Source of the DNA: Sphyrna mokarran
Taxonomy: Eukaryota
Assembly: GCA_024679065.1 (NCBI GenBank)
Contig: JAGIQG010000012.1
Coordinates: forward strand, 44,206,001 to 44,270,000
Direction: 5' to 3'
DNA: 64,000 nt
Part shown: in pieces, positions 38,327 through 51,632 of the stretch
Layout of the letters: each line of letters starts with the position of its first letter
Numbering within the stretch: position 1 is the first letter of the stretch
Notes under the pieces: generated by a model
Databases searched by the model: none
The model's input: only the letters and a program-made list of their open reading frames with translations
What the model was told of the DNA's origin: nothing
Position numbers and translations under genes: made by a program

Positions 38327-38849
38327 CTCAAAAGAAATATAAATTATTAAAGCTTTTTAAAATTTAGTCGCTTAGCTTTTAGGTAAAACTAGGTTGTAAG
38401 GCTGACTTTGACCTGGTCTAATCATCAATTTAAAATTCATCGGGGTTAACATGGGTGGGAATTGTGACGAGAGATTAAGCCACTGAATGTTTTTGAAGCA
38501 GGCAACAAGCTATCTTATTGCTGCCTATCCAGTTTTGGAGAAATAAGCTTGTAGAAGTAAGCAACCAGTGTGATGGAGGAGGTCTGGTCCACATTTTACT
38601 ATGTTACTGCTGGGTCAGAAGTTTCTGCCCGCAGTAAAATAGAATAACAAATTTGTCAAAGGTCTGGTTCAGTCTGAGAGAGGGTCTGGGGGAAGGCGAG
38701 AGGAGATCAATGTTCACTTTAAGCGGTGTGCATGAGATAGACATGTAGCAACCTAGAAAACATTACTCAGTCGATTACAAGCTCTCTCTTTTAAGATACT
38801 GTTGTATAAATAAACAGCAAACAGAACACCCAAGGTACTGGAGGAAACA

Positions 38850-39190
38850 AAGGATAAGGACAAGAGGAGGAGTGTAGGAAGGGGAAAAATGGGAGGGGGC
38901 GGTGGGCAAAGAGGAGGAAGAGTGAAGGAATAGAAAGAGAGGAAGAAGAAAAGAAGATCAATGGTGGAATAGATGAGGGTGGGAGAGAATGAAGCAGGAG
39001 GGTGGGGGAAAGTGAAGCAAGACGGTAAAGCAAGAGGCTGTGAGAAGGTGAACTGAGAGAAGGAGGTCTAGGAGGATGTGGGAAGGTGAAGGAGGAGGAT
39101 GTGGTGGAGAAGATGGTGCAAGAGTAGCAGCAGCAGAATTAGGGAGGAGAGGAACACACAGAAAATGAATGCAAATGGAGCGGAAGGAGT
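38850..39190 (+). repeat. Purine-rich low-complexity tract
   Basis: About 340 bp of mostly G/A. Confidence 0.85.
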
Positions 39191-39459
39191 TTGTGGGAGG
39201 CCACATGTCCCAGTGACGGGGTTCCAGGTTCAAAGATTGCATTAAAGCCCAAACAAATCCTCTGGTTTGGTTTTTGTTCAGAGGGATGTTATTGCTTTAG
39301 CCTCATCAGTTTTATGCATGGTTCCGAAGATGTGTCCATTTTGTGGGACCCATGGACTTAGCAACACTCAACTTTCCCAACCAGAACTCCTGGCCTTCTA
39401 AATATCAAATTTAATAGTCTTCAATGGTAAATGTTAACTGGGGATTCATCTGTGTTCAT

Positions 39460-39803
39460 ATCATAGAATCACAGAATTCCTGCAGTGCAGAAGGAGTTCA
39501 ATCAGCCCATTTAGTCTGCACTGATTCTCCAACAGTGCAAGTTGCCTATCCTCATAACCCCATGTTATTTACCCACTAATCTCCCTAACCTACACATCTG
39601 GGGACAATTAGGGGCAATTCAGCATTGTCAATTAACCCAACCTATACGTCTTTGGATTGTGGAAGGAAACTGGAGAATCTGGAGGAAACCCATGCAGCTA
39701 CAAGGAGAACATTCAAACTCCACACAGACAGATACCTAAGGCTTGAATTGATCACAGGTCCCTGACTCTTAAGGCAGCAATGCTAACCACTGTGCCACCA
39801 TGT
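39460..39803 (-). mobile_element. V-SINE (HE1-like)
   Basis: Head, V-domain and gattctatg tail. Confidence 0.85.
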
Positions 39804-39807
39804 GGTA

Positions 39808-39838
39808 CTATATATATATATATATATATATACACACA
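39808..39838. repeat. (TA)n(CA)n microsatellite
   Basis: Read directly from the sequence. Confidence 0.9.
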
Positions 39839-40208
39839 GGTAATGGTCGAAATTGTGGGTTGATAGATCTTGAAGTACACAATATTTAATGTGTGTATAA
39901 AAAAAAAGTTTGCATGTGAATTAGGTATAGGATCCAGTTCTATTCTTCACTGTTTGGTTTTCTGAAGTATAACATCTACCTGGATCAATTTAGGTATTGT
40001 TTCAATTAGAATACAGTGGCCAGCATCAACAATCAGGTATGTCATAAATGGAATATAGGCACTATATTCACAAATCAAGCAATAATGATCAACACAATAA
40101 CATGTAATATAAACAAACCTAATAAGAGTAACATTAATAGCCTAATCTTGATTATTCATTCAAATTAAACTGCAGAATTTATAAAATATTTTTGAGACAG
40201 ATGTTTAC

Positions 40209-40413
40209 CGTAACATGCTCATAGTCCTGCCCAAGTTCGTGCGATCCAGCGACCACTTCACGTTCAGCTATCCATTGCTCCAGATCATCCACCTCCCTGT
40301 TTAATTGGAAAAGGCGGTACCTCTCATCCAGTTTCCCTCTTCTCTCCTCAGCCAAATCTTTCAGGCCAGCATAAAGCTTGTCTACCTGGGACTGGCGCAT
40401 GCTGATACGTTCA
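40209..40413 (-). CDS. SPTBN1: SPTBN1 exon ([12 protein letters not shown]...QDYEHVT)
   Basis: 205 nt, phase 2-0. Confidence 0.95.
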
Positions 40414-40744
40414 CTGAAAAAGCAAAATGTGTCAAAAATTAATAAATAATAAGGCTTTTTATTTAAAAAACGTCAACCATTTCTACATGAAAAAACTAAG
40501 AACAAAAACTAAGACTGTAGAGAAATGTGAGTTTTCTGCAATCACAGAGAGATGTGGGTATAAGACATTTAAATCTGGTAACACAAGCGTTACCTAACCT
40601 GCAATATGAAGGTTCTACTTGACATTCACCTACTTTCACTCAGTTCTATGGTTATTCCTCAATATCACAAATAAATGTGATGTCAGCAATTATTTACATC
40701 TTAATTTGATCCTTCCACAAGTTCACACATTTCATGCTGTGAGA

Positions 40745-41078
40745 GGAATAGTTAGGGTGGACTCTCAGAGACTATTTCCCAGGGCTGAAATGGTCGCGAC
40801 AAGGGCACAGATTTAAGGTGCAGGGAAGCAAGTACAGAGGGGATGCTAGGGGAAAGTTTTTCATTCAGAGGGTGGTGAGTGAATGGAATCGGCTGCCGTC
40901 GGTGGTGGTCGAGGCGAACTCGCTGGGGTCTTTTAAAAGACTTCTGGATGAGCATATGGGATCCAATGGGATTGGGGGTTATAGATAGGTCTATGGCTGG
41001 GTAGGTTTTGATGTGTTCGGCACAACTTGTGGGCCAAAGGACCTGTTTGTGCTGTAGTGTTCTATGTTCTGTGTTCTA
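40745..41078 (+). mobile_element. CR1 3' fragment, CpG-retaining (relatively young)
   Basis: LFPRAEMVATR-GHRFK remnant, WNRLP, tctatgttct tail. Confidence 0.88.
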
Positions 41079-41444
41079 TATAATTCTTGATATGTACCTT
41101 ATTCGTTAGATGAGTACTCATGTCAATAATGCAATTAAATTCACGACCCACTGATGATCACAAAGCCAAAGATGTAGATGTCAGAAAGTGAAATTTCAAC
41201 AGAATAATGAAACATGGGCAATATTAGATAAGTGTACCTGAGGGATAACTAAATTGAAGAAAAAAGGACTTCCTACCAATTTGTGCTCTTGGCATGCAGC
41301 TTCACCTGTAGGGACTACATAGGAATTTGGGCATGGAGATCAAATAGGAAGATCTATTTATTAATTTAATAAATGGAAAATCCTGTAAGTTACATCTAAA
41401 AACTGTAGTTCCAGATGTTCAGAGGCTGACAGGTGATTTTTAAT

Positions 41445-41590
41445 TGAGGATCACCACACCTCACGAGAGAAACAAAATTGTGGAGGCAAGACTTCATGAA
41501 TAATCTCAGTTGGTACAGGAACTGAACCCACACTGTTGGCATCACTTTATATTACAAACTAGCCATCCAGCCAACTGAGCTAACTGACTC
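41445..41590 (-). mobile_element. tRNA-derived SINE of another family
   Basis: Minus-strand head gttagctcagttggctggatgg...gtgggttcagttcc. Confidence 0.65.
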
Positions 41591-42555
41591 TACAAAGTCA
41601 CATCTACTTCTCTATCAAATATTAGATGTGTTCCTAGCAAGTGAAGCACTGGATTGGGAGTGTGAATTTGTAATATTCATAATATTGAATGTGCAACATG
41701 AAGTCGAATATATGTAAACTAAGTGAGCAAACCCAGCAATAAATAGGCCAATTGAAATAGGGAAAAACACACAAAGTCTACTTAGTAAAAAAAAGAATAA
41801 GAACAACAGGGATATACATACTACTGAAAGACATTATAGATACAAAAAATATGTTAGGATATCAAAAAGCAAAATAAGTTAAGAATGCATTTAAACCATT
41901 ATTCAATACTGCAATATAGCAAAACAGCAGTACAAGTTGTTTAGATTTAAAAAAAATAATTATGCATCCAACTGGTTATCATTGTGTAACACTATTGGAC
42001 ACTGTTGTGTTTCCACAGTACTGGAAACAGGTTAATGTGATACTTGTATGAAAAAAGGGTGATAGAGCTGTTCCAGCAACTGAGGCAATTTAGTCCAAGA
42101 TCATTATTAAGAGAAAGCTAATTCAAAGCAATTTTAATTAAAGTTATAAATAATTAGACATTCTGTCAGAGAGCAACAAATGAATAGCGGCCAAGGTTTG
42201 GGCAAGGATGAAGAATCACATTGAGGAAGCAATGTGCCCATATGCAGGTGCAATTATTACAACAAAATAGTAAAAAACTGGAAGTAAAAACATGAACTTA
42301 ATAGGTAATAATGCACTTACCTTGAGGATAATGTTTAGAAAATCATTAAAAATCCTCCAAGCAGCTGCCTTCCATAGAATATTTTCTTGTTTTTCAGGAA
42401 TTGATTGCAGCACAAGCAGAAGTAGCAGCAACAGACTAGACCTAAGTAGCGTCATTCAATACCCCTCTGGATAAAGTATCAGCCAAAACTTACTTAGTAC
42501 AGGACTTTCCAGAAAAGGTGGTGCGGGATGGGGGTTGGGAGTGGTGTTGGTGGCA

Positions 42556-42752
42556 TGGTTAGTTCAGTTGGCTAGATAGCAGGTGTGAGGTTCAGAATAA
42601 CCCCAACACTTTGATTTGATTTGTGGATTTGATTCCCGTTGTAGCTCAGGTGGACTTGGGGATCTGCCTCCTCATCATACCCTTGACAGCAGAAGGTAAT
42701 GGCAAACCACTGCTGACAAAATCTGCAAGAGAATGGCTCAGGATGAAGCATC
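42556..42752 (+). mobile_element. tRNA-derived SINE, same family as 41445-41590
   Basis: ggttagttcagttggctag head; ggtaatggcaaaccactg 3' motif. Confidence 0.65.
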
Positions 42753-44237
42753 AGGTACGTGCCAAGGACTTTGCCTTTGGGCACAACACACTTTCTCGAA
42801 GAGGGTGCCAGATGCAATGAGAGGCTTTTCTCAGCACCAAAGACTTTTGAAATGCTAGAGCTTATGCAAGTCACAGAGGATCCAAAAAATATCACTGTTT
42901 CCACAATTCTGAACAGAACATGACCTGCAGTTTCTTCTTGGACAACATTGCCCAGGACACAGATTGTATTTTTTGTTTACTCGTTCTTGTAATTTGAATG
43001 TAGATTGCACTTTGAAAATCAAACATCCCTATCTTTTCTTATAGGGTCACTTTCCAGCACACAATTGGAGAATTTGAAACATTTCATAAACTGCAAGATG
43101 CACATTTTATGAAGGTAACCACTGCTGGCAGATACCTTGCTTGGACTTTCAGTGGCAGCACATGCCACTGAGGAGTACAGCAGACATAACTTAAAGGAAT
43201 TTGGCTAGACCAGTAACAATTAAAAGGTACTCATCACAACTAGGACAAACATGGCAACGAAGGATAATGATGTAATGAAAATTTAGAATGAGACTGTGCC
43301 CAGCAGAGCCAATGGAAATTACAATATAAGCTGCTTATTGATTGTGTAATTTCAACCTCAACATTTGTGGCAGTTTTCAGGCAGATTTTAATGAAAGTGT
43401 GTGGTTTTTGTCCAGTTTTCTGACAATAGTTAATTAGCACACATGGCACAGAGTATCTCTTGATCAGCCTGCCTGATATCCATCACATTACTGACTTCCT
43501 TTATTGTCCAACCACCAACAGAAATGTTCCCACCAATACTGAGGCTATAAAATGATTTACAGCAATTAACACGCCAGAAGGTGAAAAGATAGCAGGAAAA
43601 ATAGAAAATGACTGAAGTCCACTTACTTTAACTTTGCTGTGCCCTTGCAGTAAGCTTTAGCATGTGACCACTAACCCTGATTTCCGCCTGATAACTTGCA
43701 CCCAGGTTATTTCGGGCCCCATCTTATACTAAATGAAGCACCTCGTTGTTAGAGCATGGTCTGTCACCACTGAGCTCTATGCCTTTAAGTTACACTGCAG
43801 CCAAGTTCAGGTGAAATTAAATTCCTGCCCATTTTCTACTAGCAACCATCTAGTATGCAATAGATTGACAGGAAAAAAAAATTGGCCTTGTTTTGCAAAA
43901 GCCACAAAGTAAAACCTGACTAAAAAAACTCAATTTTCCATGTTTAGATGACAGCTATACACTGATGTAAGAAAATACATAAAAAAAGGAATGATTAAAT
44001 ATTTAGGAATTGAAACTGATCTTCGGTGGTCATGCTGGATGGGTAATGAGTTTGCAGAGTTTCGCAGCTGATCAATGGAAAATGAATCAAGTGGGATGTA
44101 AAGTAAGCTGCCACTTTCCCACCATTCATATTATACTATTGCTGAAGGACCATTTCTGTGAAGATCAATTTCATTCTTTTTGTACTTCTCAATACTATTG
44201 AACTTGGACATAATATGAATGCCAAGATTAAACCAAC

Positions 44238-44368
44238 CTCTCTGGGTGTCCATCTGCCACCAGAGCTCTGCTCGTTTTTGAGAGCTGATGCACAGTCTCA
44301 GCATAATCTTCCACTGCCAACTCCAAAATCTGATGTTTCTTCAACATCATCACTGCACTCTGCTCATC
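44238..44368 (-). CDS. SPTBN1: SPTBN1 exon (DEQSAVMMLKKHQ...ADGHPE)
   Basis: 131 nt, phase 0-2; translated by hand. Confidence 0.94.
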
Positions 44369-44851
44369 CTGCAAACAAAGTGATACGTCCATAAACTGTT
44401 AAAATTCCCCCAAAATTTTCTAAATTTTTGTTTAAAAATATAAAATGAAAAGGGATTCAAATACTTTAAGTAACTTAGATACAGACTTCTTAAAAATGTT
44501 CATAAATGCAGATTGAAAAAAAAGGAAGTAACAGTAAAGAGGTATTTTGCTCCAAGAGATTGCCCAACATGTTCAGCACTTTTACTGGGATTGGATGCAG
44601 TGACTATTAGAGACAACTATCTTTTTTTGAACTACTGCAAAACCTTGGAAATCAAAGAGAAAGTTAATGGGGTATCATTCATTAGAAGTTTGGGAAAGAT
44701 GTGTTGAATGTTTTTAATCAAGTCGTCCATTAGCTATCATAAATGATATTATTTTACTAGCTTTGTTCTTTACCCCCAATTTAACACATTTTCATCTAGT
44801 ACATTTTTAATCAGCTGCACTATCAAAGTAGTAAAATATGCAATATTCAAC

Positions 44852-45130
44852 CTTTGCTTTCTCTTCTGACATCATGTACAATTCTTGTTCACTCATCCAG
44901 GCTTCAGCCTCTGCAGCATCAAAGTAGTACTGTTGGGCTTTGTGAGACTCCACCAGACGATTGTGCCGTTTTTCTGTTTCTTCAGATAATAACTTCCAAA
45001 GTTCTCGTAGATCTGATAATCTCTGCTGAATAGCCTTCGCACTTGGGGAATCAGCAGTTATCATACTTTGACTTCTCTCAAATATATCATCAATACGTGG
45101 TTTATGACCTTGAATTTCTTTTTGAAGAGT
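44852..45130 (-). CDS. SPTBN1: SPTBN1 exon (TLQKEIQGHKP...MSEEKAK)
   Basis: 279 nt, phase 0-0. Confidence 0.95.
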
Positions 45131-46239
45131 CTAGACAAGACAAAAAACATGAAGCCTTATTTCCATCACACAAAAGAAATAGTTGGCGTATCCATATTGC
45201 CTGCCACTGACTACAGTATAGTATGGGTATGTTAATTTCAACTGCAACAAATTCTTTACTTATGAAAGACCTCTGGTCTGATGGTTATTTTGTCAAATTC
45301 AGTTTTTCTTTTAATTCATTCATTAAATGAGTTTGCAATGTGGTCTACTCATTCGGCCAATTCTAAGGCCACATAAATGTTACTATTTTCATTATAATTT
45401 TTTTGTTTACATGGGTGTTTGGCATAAAAAGGCAGGCAATATGAAATATTACAACTGCTGGATTACTGCCATGATGGCCCCATAATATGCTGCATAGTAA
45501 TTTAACTTTCTTATATTTTGGTTGGTTTTCTAATCAATCTCCATCCCAAGCAGACTTTGAGACTCTCTCCTTCCATCTGACCACGGTTGTTGCTACAGAC
45601 CATCCTATGAAGGGGTTTCCCCTTCCACAATGCTGCTCAGCTGCTTTGGCAACTTCTTAAGTTTATAAATGTTAAAGTTGCTGAGAGGGGTTTCAAGATG
45701 GATGTGTCCTCTTCTTCCTTAAACTGGAAAGATAGACTGTAGCTCCTCCTGTGCTGGGGGACTGCCTAACAGCCCTTCAGTTTCACGTGAATGACAAACA
45801 CATAATCCAACCACTAACTAGCCAATTCAGAGAAAATCACTACAGGGACATTCTTCTGCAAGCGGTCAAATTCAGAATCCTCATCTGACCCTAACCTCAG
45901 GGTACTCACTAAATATCCTGCACTGGATTATCCAATTTATGCATTTGTGATTTTGCTGTTAAGTCTACTAGCAACAGCACACCCTTGGAGAAGCAAGGTA
46001 TTTCCAACTTTTGGGTTCTGCGTTTAGCTGAGTGCGTGAATACCATAAGCTACTGTCAGATTTCCCTTCTAATTATGAGTAGCACTACTAGCCTATTATT
46101 TTTCCACAAAATTTGGGCCTATGTTTCTCACTGAACACAGCTGTCACAGACTAAAGGAAGTGAAGTCTGCCTCAATAATCCTCTGAGTTCAATCTGTGCA
46201 CTTCATCAAGGTAGTATATACTTGTGTTTGTTCTTGCAG

Positions 46240-47083
46240 TGCAACAGGGATAATCTCCCCAACAAAAATCTGCCTAGTGACAGCAGTAGCCAGCATTTAA
46301 AGGGGATGATGAAATGCAACTCTTCTCACTAACGAGAGGAATCTAGACAGAATCAGGCATAAAAAGCCCTATCAGTGCCTGAGATCCCTGGAGATTATAT
46401 AGATGCTAATTTTGAGAATCATGGAATATAAGGAGTGTAGCCAGCCTAAATACACAAGAGGGGAAAAGCAAAGAGGAACCAAGGTGTAATTTCCTGCACC
46501 TGCAGAAGCAGATAGGCTAGTTTAACATCTAATAGCTAAAGGACAGCTGAGAGGTATTGTAACACCTAAGAACTGACAGGCCAATTTAACATTTCATAAC
46601 TGAGAGGCCATTTTAACATCCGAGAAATCTTAAGAGTCAAGGTAGTGCAGAAACCTGAAGCTGTTTAAATATCTTTGCTGGACCAGGAATAGACATTTTT
46701 CAGCCTTGATCATCTACCTTGCATGTATGGTAATTATAAGCCAGATTTGATTTATAGATTTATTTAACTTGGATGTTTGGGAATGGTCTTAAGGAGTTCA
46801 GAAATCGTAGATACATATTTTGGAACAAGAGCTAATTTCTATATAAACCATGTATGCATTTATTAATTCATATATTTAACTGTCAGAGTATTATAGTCTG
46901 ATTTGTTTTCTTTTTCTTTAATAAATAGCATTTAGTAATTGTCACACAACAACTGGGCTAGTTACTCTCATTGGGGGTTTCACATGACTCCTCCCACCAT
47001 TCCAAAAATAAAACTATATACGATAACAAACCAGTGTTTCAAATTGAGACACTGTTACAGATAACATCAGCACGGTTCATTAC
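46240..47083 (+). mobile_element. Possible solo LTR
   Basis: TG...CA ends and an internal AATAAA near 46920; no coding remnants. Confidence 0.35.
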
Positions 47084-47312
47084 AGTTTAATAACTCATTC
47101 AAATGACAGCATGTCTGACAAAGCAGCATTTCCATCTCCTTCTCAGTACTGCAGTCTTGATGTAGATTATATTTTCAAATCCAGACAGGAAACCCACAAC
47201 CCTCTAATCTGAGGCAACAGACTGAGTCAAGCAAACATATTTGCAGTATTAGCAGTGAACAATCATGCTATGCTTTCAAAATATTTCTATCCATATATTT
47301 TTCACCAGTCAC

Positions 47313-47402
47313 CTGGTTTTTCTTGATCAGCATTTGTACAGTCTGGAGGTTGTGGCCATGGTCAGTGGATGTTGCAAGAGGCATGCGTTCTTCAGCCCAT
47401 AA
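47313..47402 (-). CDS. SPTBN1: SPTBN1 exon ([30 protein letters not shown])
   Basis: 90 nt, phase 0-0; translated by hand. Confidence 0.94.
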
Positions 47403-48033
47403 CTGCAAATTAAAAATGTGTTTTTTTAATTATGTCAGTACTTTTAATGACGTATAATAAATTATTTTTGTAAGCAGTTTTCACTGGAGATTGCACTTCA
47501 GTTCTCCATTCAATTGTACATTTTAAAAGTGTATTTTTAAACAGAAGAACATAAACTTTCAAGCATTTTCTTGTTTATGTGCATGTCACGTAAGCAACTT
47601 AATTACATTGTTCAATTTTATAGAATAATAAGAACAAATGTGATTTTGTAAAATAAATTAACTTATTGGACTCCTGATTTTCCCTTTTACTGTTTCTCCA
47701 CCTCTTCTAATTAGGAAGGAGAATAGGAGGGAACAAACTAAATAAGCAGATATCATATAAACCATTATGTTTTGGTGTTGGCAGTTTTACCTGCAATTAG
47801 ATGATTTTTCAAACATAGTTAAAAGTATAACTAAGTTTATTTACAAGGCTACTTTCAATTTTGTAACACCATCAGCTTTGTAGTAAGGCAATATAACCTT
47901 TGAGCAAACAATGAGAAATAATGAAGAGATCAACAGAAGTATTATCTAATCTAATTTCTGCATGGATTTTAATCAAACCAAAACAGTATTCACATGCTCT
48001 GTTTAAAGTATGTATATTGTTGTTCATACTTAC

Positions 48034-48258
48034 AATCTCATCCTCCAGATCTCTGTTGAATTGATGTATTTCTTTAGATGCCAACAAGTAGTTTTTCCTC
48101 TGCTGTAGTGGTTCTAGTAGCTGCAAGAATCTTTTTTCAACTATCACACGCTTGCTATCCACCTCATCAATATCTTTGCCTTCTTGGCTCAAAACCTTGG
48201 CCTGACCCTTCAATTCCTCCACCTCCTTCTTTCGCACTTCAATCTGATTTTCTAACAT
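48034..48258 (-). CDS. SPTBN1: SPTBN1 exon (MLENQIEVRKK...DEVDS...DLEDEI)
   Basis: 225 nt, phase 0-0, donor gtaagt. Confidence 0.95.
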
Positions 48259-48445
48259 CTAATGAAAGAGGGGGTGTAAAAAAGCAGTTTATAATCAGTA
48301 TCAAATAACTGCACTGAGATGGAGTTACTCCGTGTGGTCTTCAAAGATATTTGGGAGCAGAAAACAATTTTATGCAAAACCTTAAGATTGCTAACTGGAT
48401 AATACAAATTAATTCAGCATACTGAACTTATCTCAATTTTAAAAT

Positions 48446-48614
48446 TATAGAATGCTGCAGTGCAGAAGGCGGCCAGTCAGCCCATCGTGTCTGCACCAAC
48501 CACAAGGCCACCCAGGCCCTATTTCCATAATCCAATTCATTACCCTGGCTAGTCTCTCTGATGCTAAGGGGCAATTTAGCACGGCCAATCAATCTAACCT
48601 GCAGATCTTTGGAC
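48446..48614 (-). mobile_element. 5'-truncated V-SINE (tail half)
   Basis: Matches the tail of 4560-4903 in reverse. Confidence 0.8.
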
Positions 48615-49575
48615 AAAATTCTTATCCTTGTTTTCAAATGCCTCACCCTTCCCCATCTCCATAATTTCTTCTAGCCACACAACCTTCCAAGCAATTATTG
48701 TTCTGCTAATTCTGGCCTCTTGCACACTCTCAATTTTAAGTGTTCCACCATTGGCAACTATACTTCATCTGCCAAGGCTCTAGGCTCTAGAACTCCCTCC
48801 CAACCTTTCTGTCTCTCTATTTCTCTTTGCTCTTCTAAGATGTAAACCTATTTTTTTCCCTAATGTGGCATGGTGTCAAATTTGATCACAGTCCTGTATC
48901 TTAAAATACCTTGGAAGGTTTTATTATTTTAAGGGTGTTACATAAATTAAAGTTATTGCTCCTATGGATTTATAGCATAAAACACAAAATTGGCAATGTG
49001 ACTCAAAGAACTATTCCGTCTAAAATTCATATTTTCCAGTCACTACAGTTTATTCCATATTATCTTCATATCTTACTCCACTGAAAAGCAAATAGGCTAC
49101 ATAACACCTGTTAATATTAACTCTTGATGACAATTTCAGAAAAATACTTTGTTTAAGCAAAAAAAAACTCATGAAACATAATGCAAAGGGTAACCAAAAA
49201 GATTTTAAAATTCTTAATGTAGTAAGCCTTCTATTATTTCATAACATCTTGAAAGAGATGAACTGTAGTCAGATTCTATATAGTAATGCAATTAATTTTT
49301 CAAAGATACTATCACAGTTTTCATTCTGCATTAATGTTTGATATTTACATATTGCTATTTGTGGATGAAAATATAATTTGCCTTAATGAATTCTGCTACC
49401 AAAACAAACAGAATCACCATTCAGCTCTGAACATATATGTAGCACCAAATGCCCAACAAAGCTGTGTTGGATCATGAAATTTAGAATTGATTATTAGAGG
49501 AATATGAAAAAAGAACATTTGAAGATTCAGCTGGTTAATGTTCCCATGTCTAAACTATCATTATTGGTTATATAC

Positions 49576-49839
49576 CTGCTGTTTCTTGAGTAGAATAGAG
49601 ACACTAGTAAGGTCTTTGCCATAATCATCAGACTGGAGCTGACCTTCCAGGTTATGCAACCATTTGTCTAAATCAGCACAGCTCTGGGTGAAAAGCTCTG
49701 CTTTGTTGGCATCAAACAGACGCTGAGCTTTGGCCTGTGTAGTAGATTCCAGTTCTTCCCACAAATGGTGGAGGGCTGTCAGCTTTTCCTTCACAACCAC
49801 TTCAGTCTCTGGCTTCTCTGCAGTTAACTGCATGCCATC
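49576..49839 (-). CDS. SPTBN1: SPTBN1 exon (DGMQLTAEKPE...ILLKKQQ)
   Basis: 264 nt, phase 0-0. Confidence 0.95.
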
Positions 49840-51288
49840 CTACAAGACAAATTGAAATCACATTCAGCATTCTATTAGTTCTCACAGCAACTATCCTGGT
49901 AATTGTGGAAACTCAAGCAAGCAACCTTGGAAAGCTTGAGTTATTAAACTCAATTTATTACTTTCCAGACAATAAATCATTTGCATTTGTTTATAAATAG
50001 GAAGTACTAAATATGTGTAGATCCTGGTGTACTGTATGATTTAAAGGATAGTGTATGTAACAGTAAATAATGTCTACAGTAGAATCTCAAGCTTTAACCA
50101 ATAAAGAAAATCTGGATTGTGAGTATGGCAGAATACTGAGTCACAGTAGAATTCCTGATGAGATGAGATCTCAATTTCAGGGTGCTGCATGGCAGGAAGT
50201 GCCAATTAGAGAAGTGGCATTTAACCACAAAAGGACAAACTAATCTAGATTGCTTTTATGCATCCTTCAGTAGCCCATAGGTGGCACTAGCCTTTTATGC
50301 ATTTTGAATGAAATTACTAATTGTGTACATAAGGCCACCATCCAAATCAATAACACAAGTCCCAAACATCAGCTTTATCCAAAAACGCAATATTTTATCC
50401 AAGAAGCAATACTAAGTGCTAAATATATTCTGACTATTGAACTGATGGTACATACAACATCAGAATTTAACCTGAGGCAAATTTAACACTGAGTAGCACT
50501 GCTACAGCTAAGTTTTATCACATCACTGCTGTTTTATCACAGGAAATGCCATGCTGCATTGAGAAAAAGTACAATTTTAACAAATATAAGTAAATTCAAT
50601 AAAAAGGAATAGAAATCTAGGGAAATGGAATAAAAGCAATAATTACAAAAACTATACCCCTCAAATTCCACTGCTTTTTTGTAGTGTTTAGCTGGAACGT
50701 AGACTTCTGGAGTAATAGCACTGATCAATGTGGCAGGGGGGTGGGGAGAAAAGGACGGTAGGGTCAGGGTGGGGGGAACTCAGTGCAATTTTCAGGTATT
50801 TATACTTAAAACTCAGTATAAATAAGCCAGTTACATGTAAAACTGAACATATTATTCCAAATACTAGTTAAACTCAAAACTTGTGGATTTACATAAAGAT
50901 AGAAGATGGTTCAAGCTTCTGGTAATGTAAATACACAGGTTAAAACTACAAAGATAATTTGAAAAAATAAGTAGGCCAAGAAGGGGAGAGCACAAGTTTT
51001 AAAAATAAAACAACATAGCAAATCACTCAAGCAATGATATGAATTTTATTTAATAAATTTTTACAAGGTATCACTCTGCTTCCAGAAAAAACAAGTACCA
51101 ATATTTGAACCCTGAATGGTTCAAAATTTTATGCATCAGGCAAGCTGGGATCATTAATGTGTTGTCATTCAGAAGTAATAAGTGAAGTGAAAGGGTTAGT
51201 TCTCAAACTTGTAAACTTAAAAAAAATCTCAAGTTGATACATATTTATTACAAAAACAGAATTCTGAATATTCAAGATTCTATCATAC

Positions 51289-51435
51289 CTTATCAATTTT
51301 ATCCAGCCATTCTTTATTTGATGCAAGCTCTGCCATAAAAGCCTGATGTTTCTGCCATTTGCTGTGTAAATTTCTGGCTTCATCATAGGACATGTCCTGA
51401 GCAGTGAGCATTTTCTCGCTGATCCAAAGTGATAA
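51289..51435 (-). CDS. SPTBN1: SPTBN1 exon ([10 protein letters not shown]...EWLDKIDK)
   Basis: 147 nt, phase 0-0; follows a 106-nt intron. Confidence 0.94.
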
Positions 51436-51541
51436 CTGTAAAACAAAAGCATTAACATGTATTCAAGGAATATCACATTTATAATCCACAATACACATAA
51501 CACAAGTATTTCGTTAAAAGTAAGTTGTATAGCAAGTTTAC

Positions 51542-51632
51542 TTCCTGGCAGTCTTGCAGAAACTTCTGTAGGTCTCTATTATCCTTAAGGCGCATAAGTA
51601 GTTCACTGGCAGCCTCACGGTTCTTCTTATGT
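51542..51632 (-). CDS. SPTBN1: SPTBN1 exon (HKKNREAASE...FLQDCQE)
   Basis: 91 nt, phase 2-0. Confidence 0.94.

Noticed and set aside
38791-39242. Pro/Ser/Leu-rich ORFs
   Set aside because: Artefacts of the purine-rich low-complexity tract.
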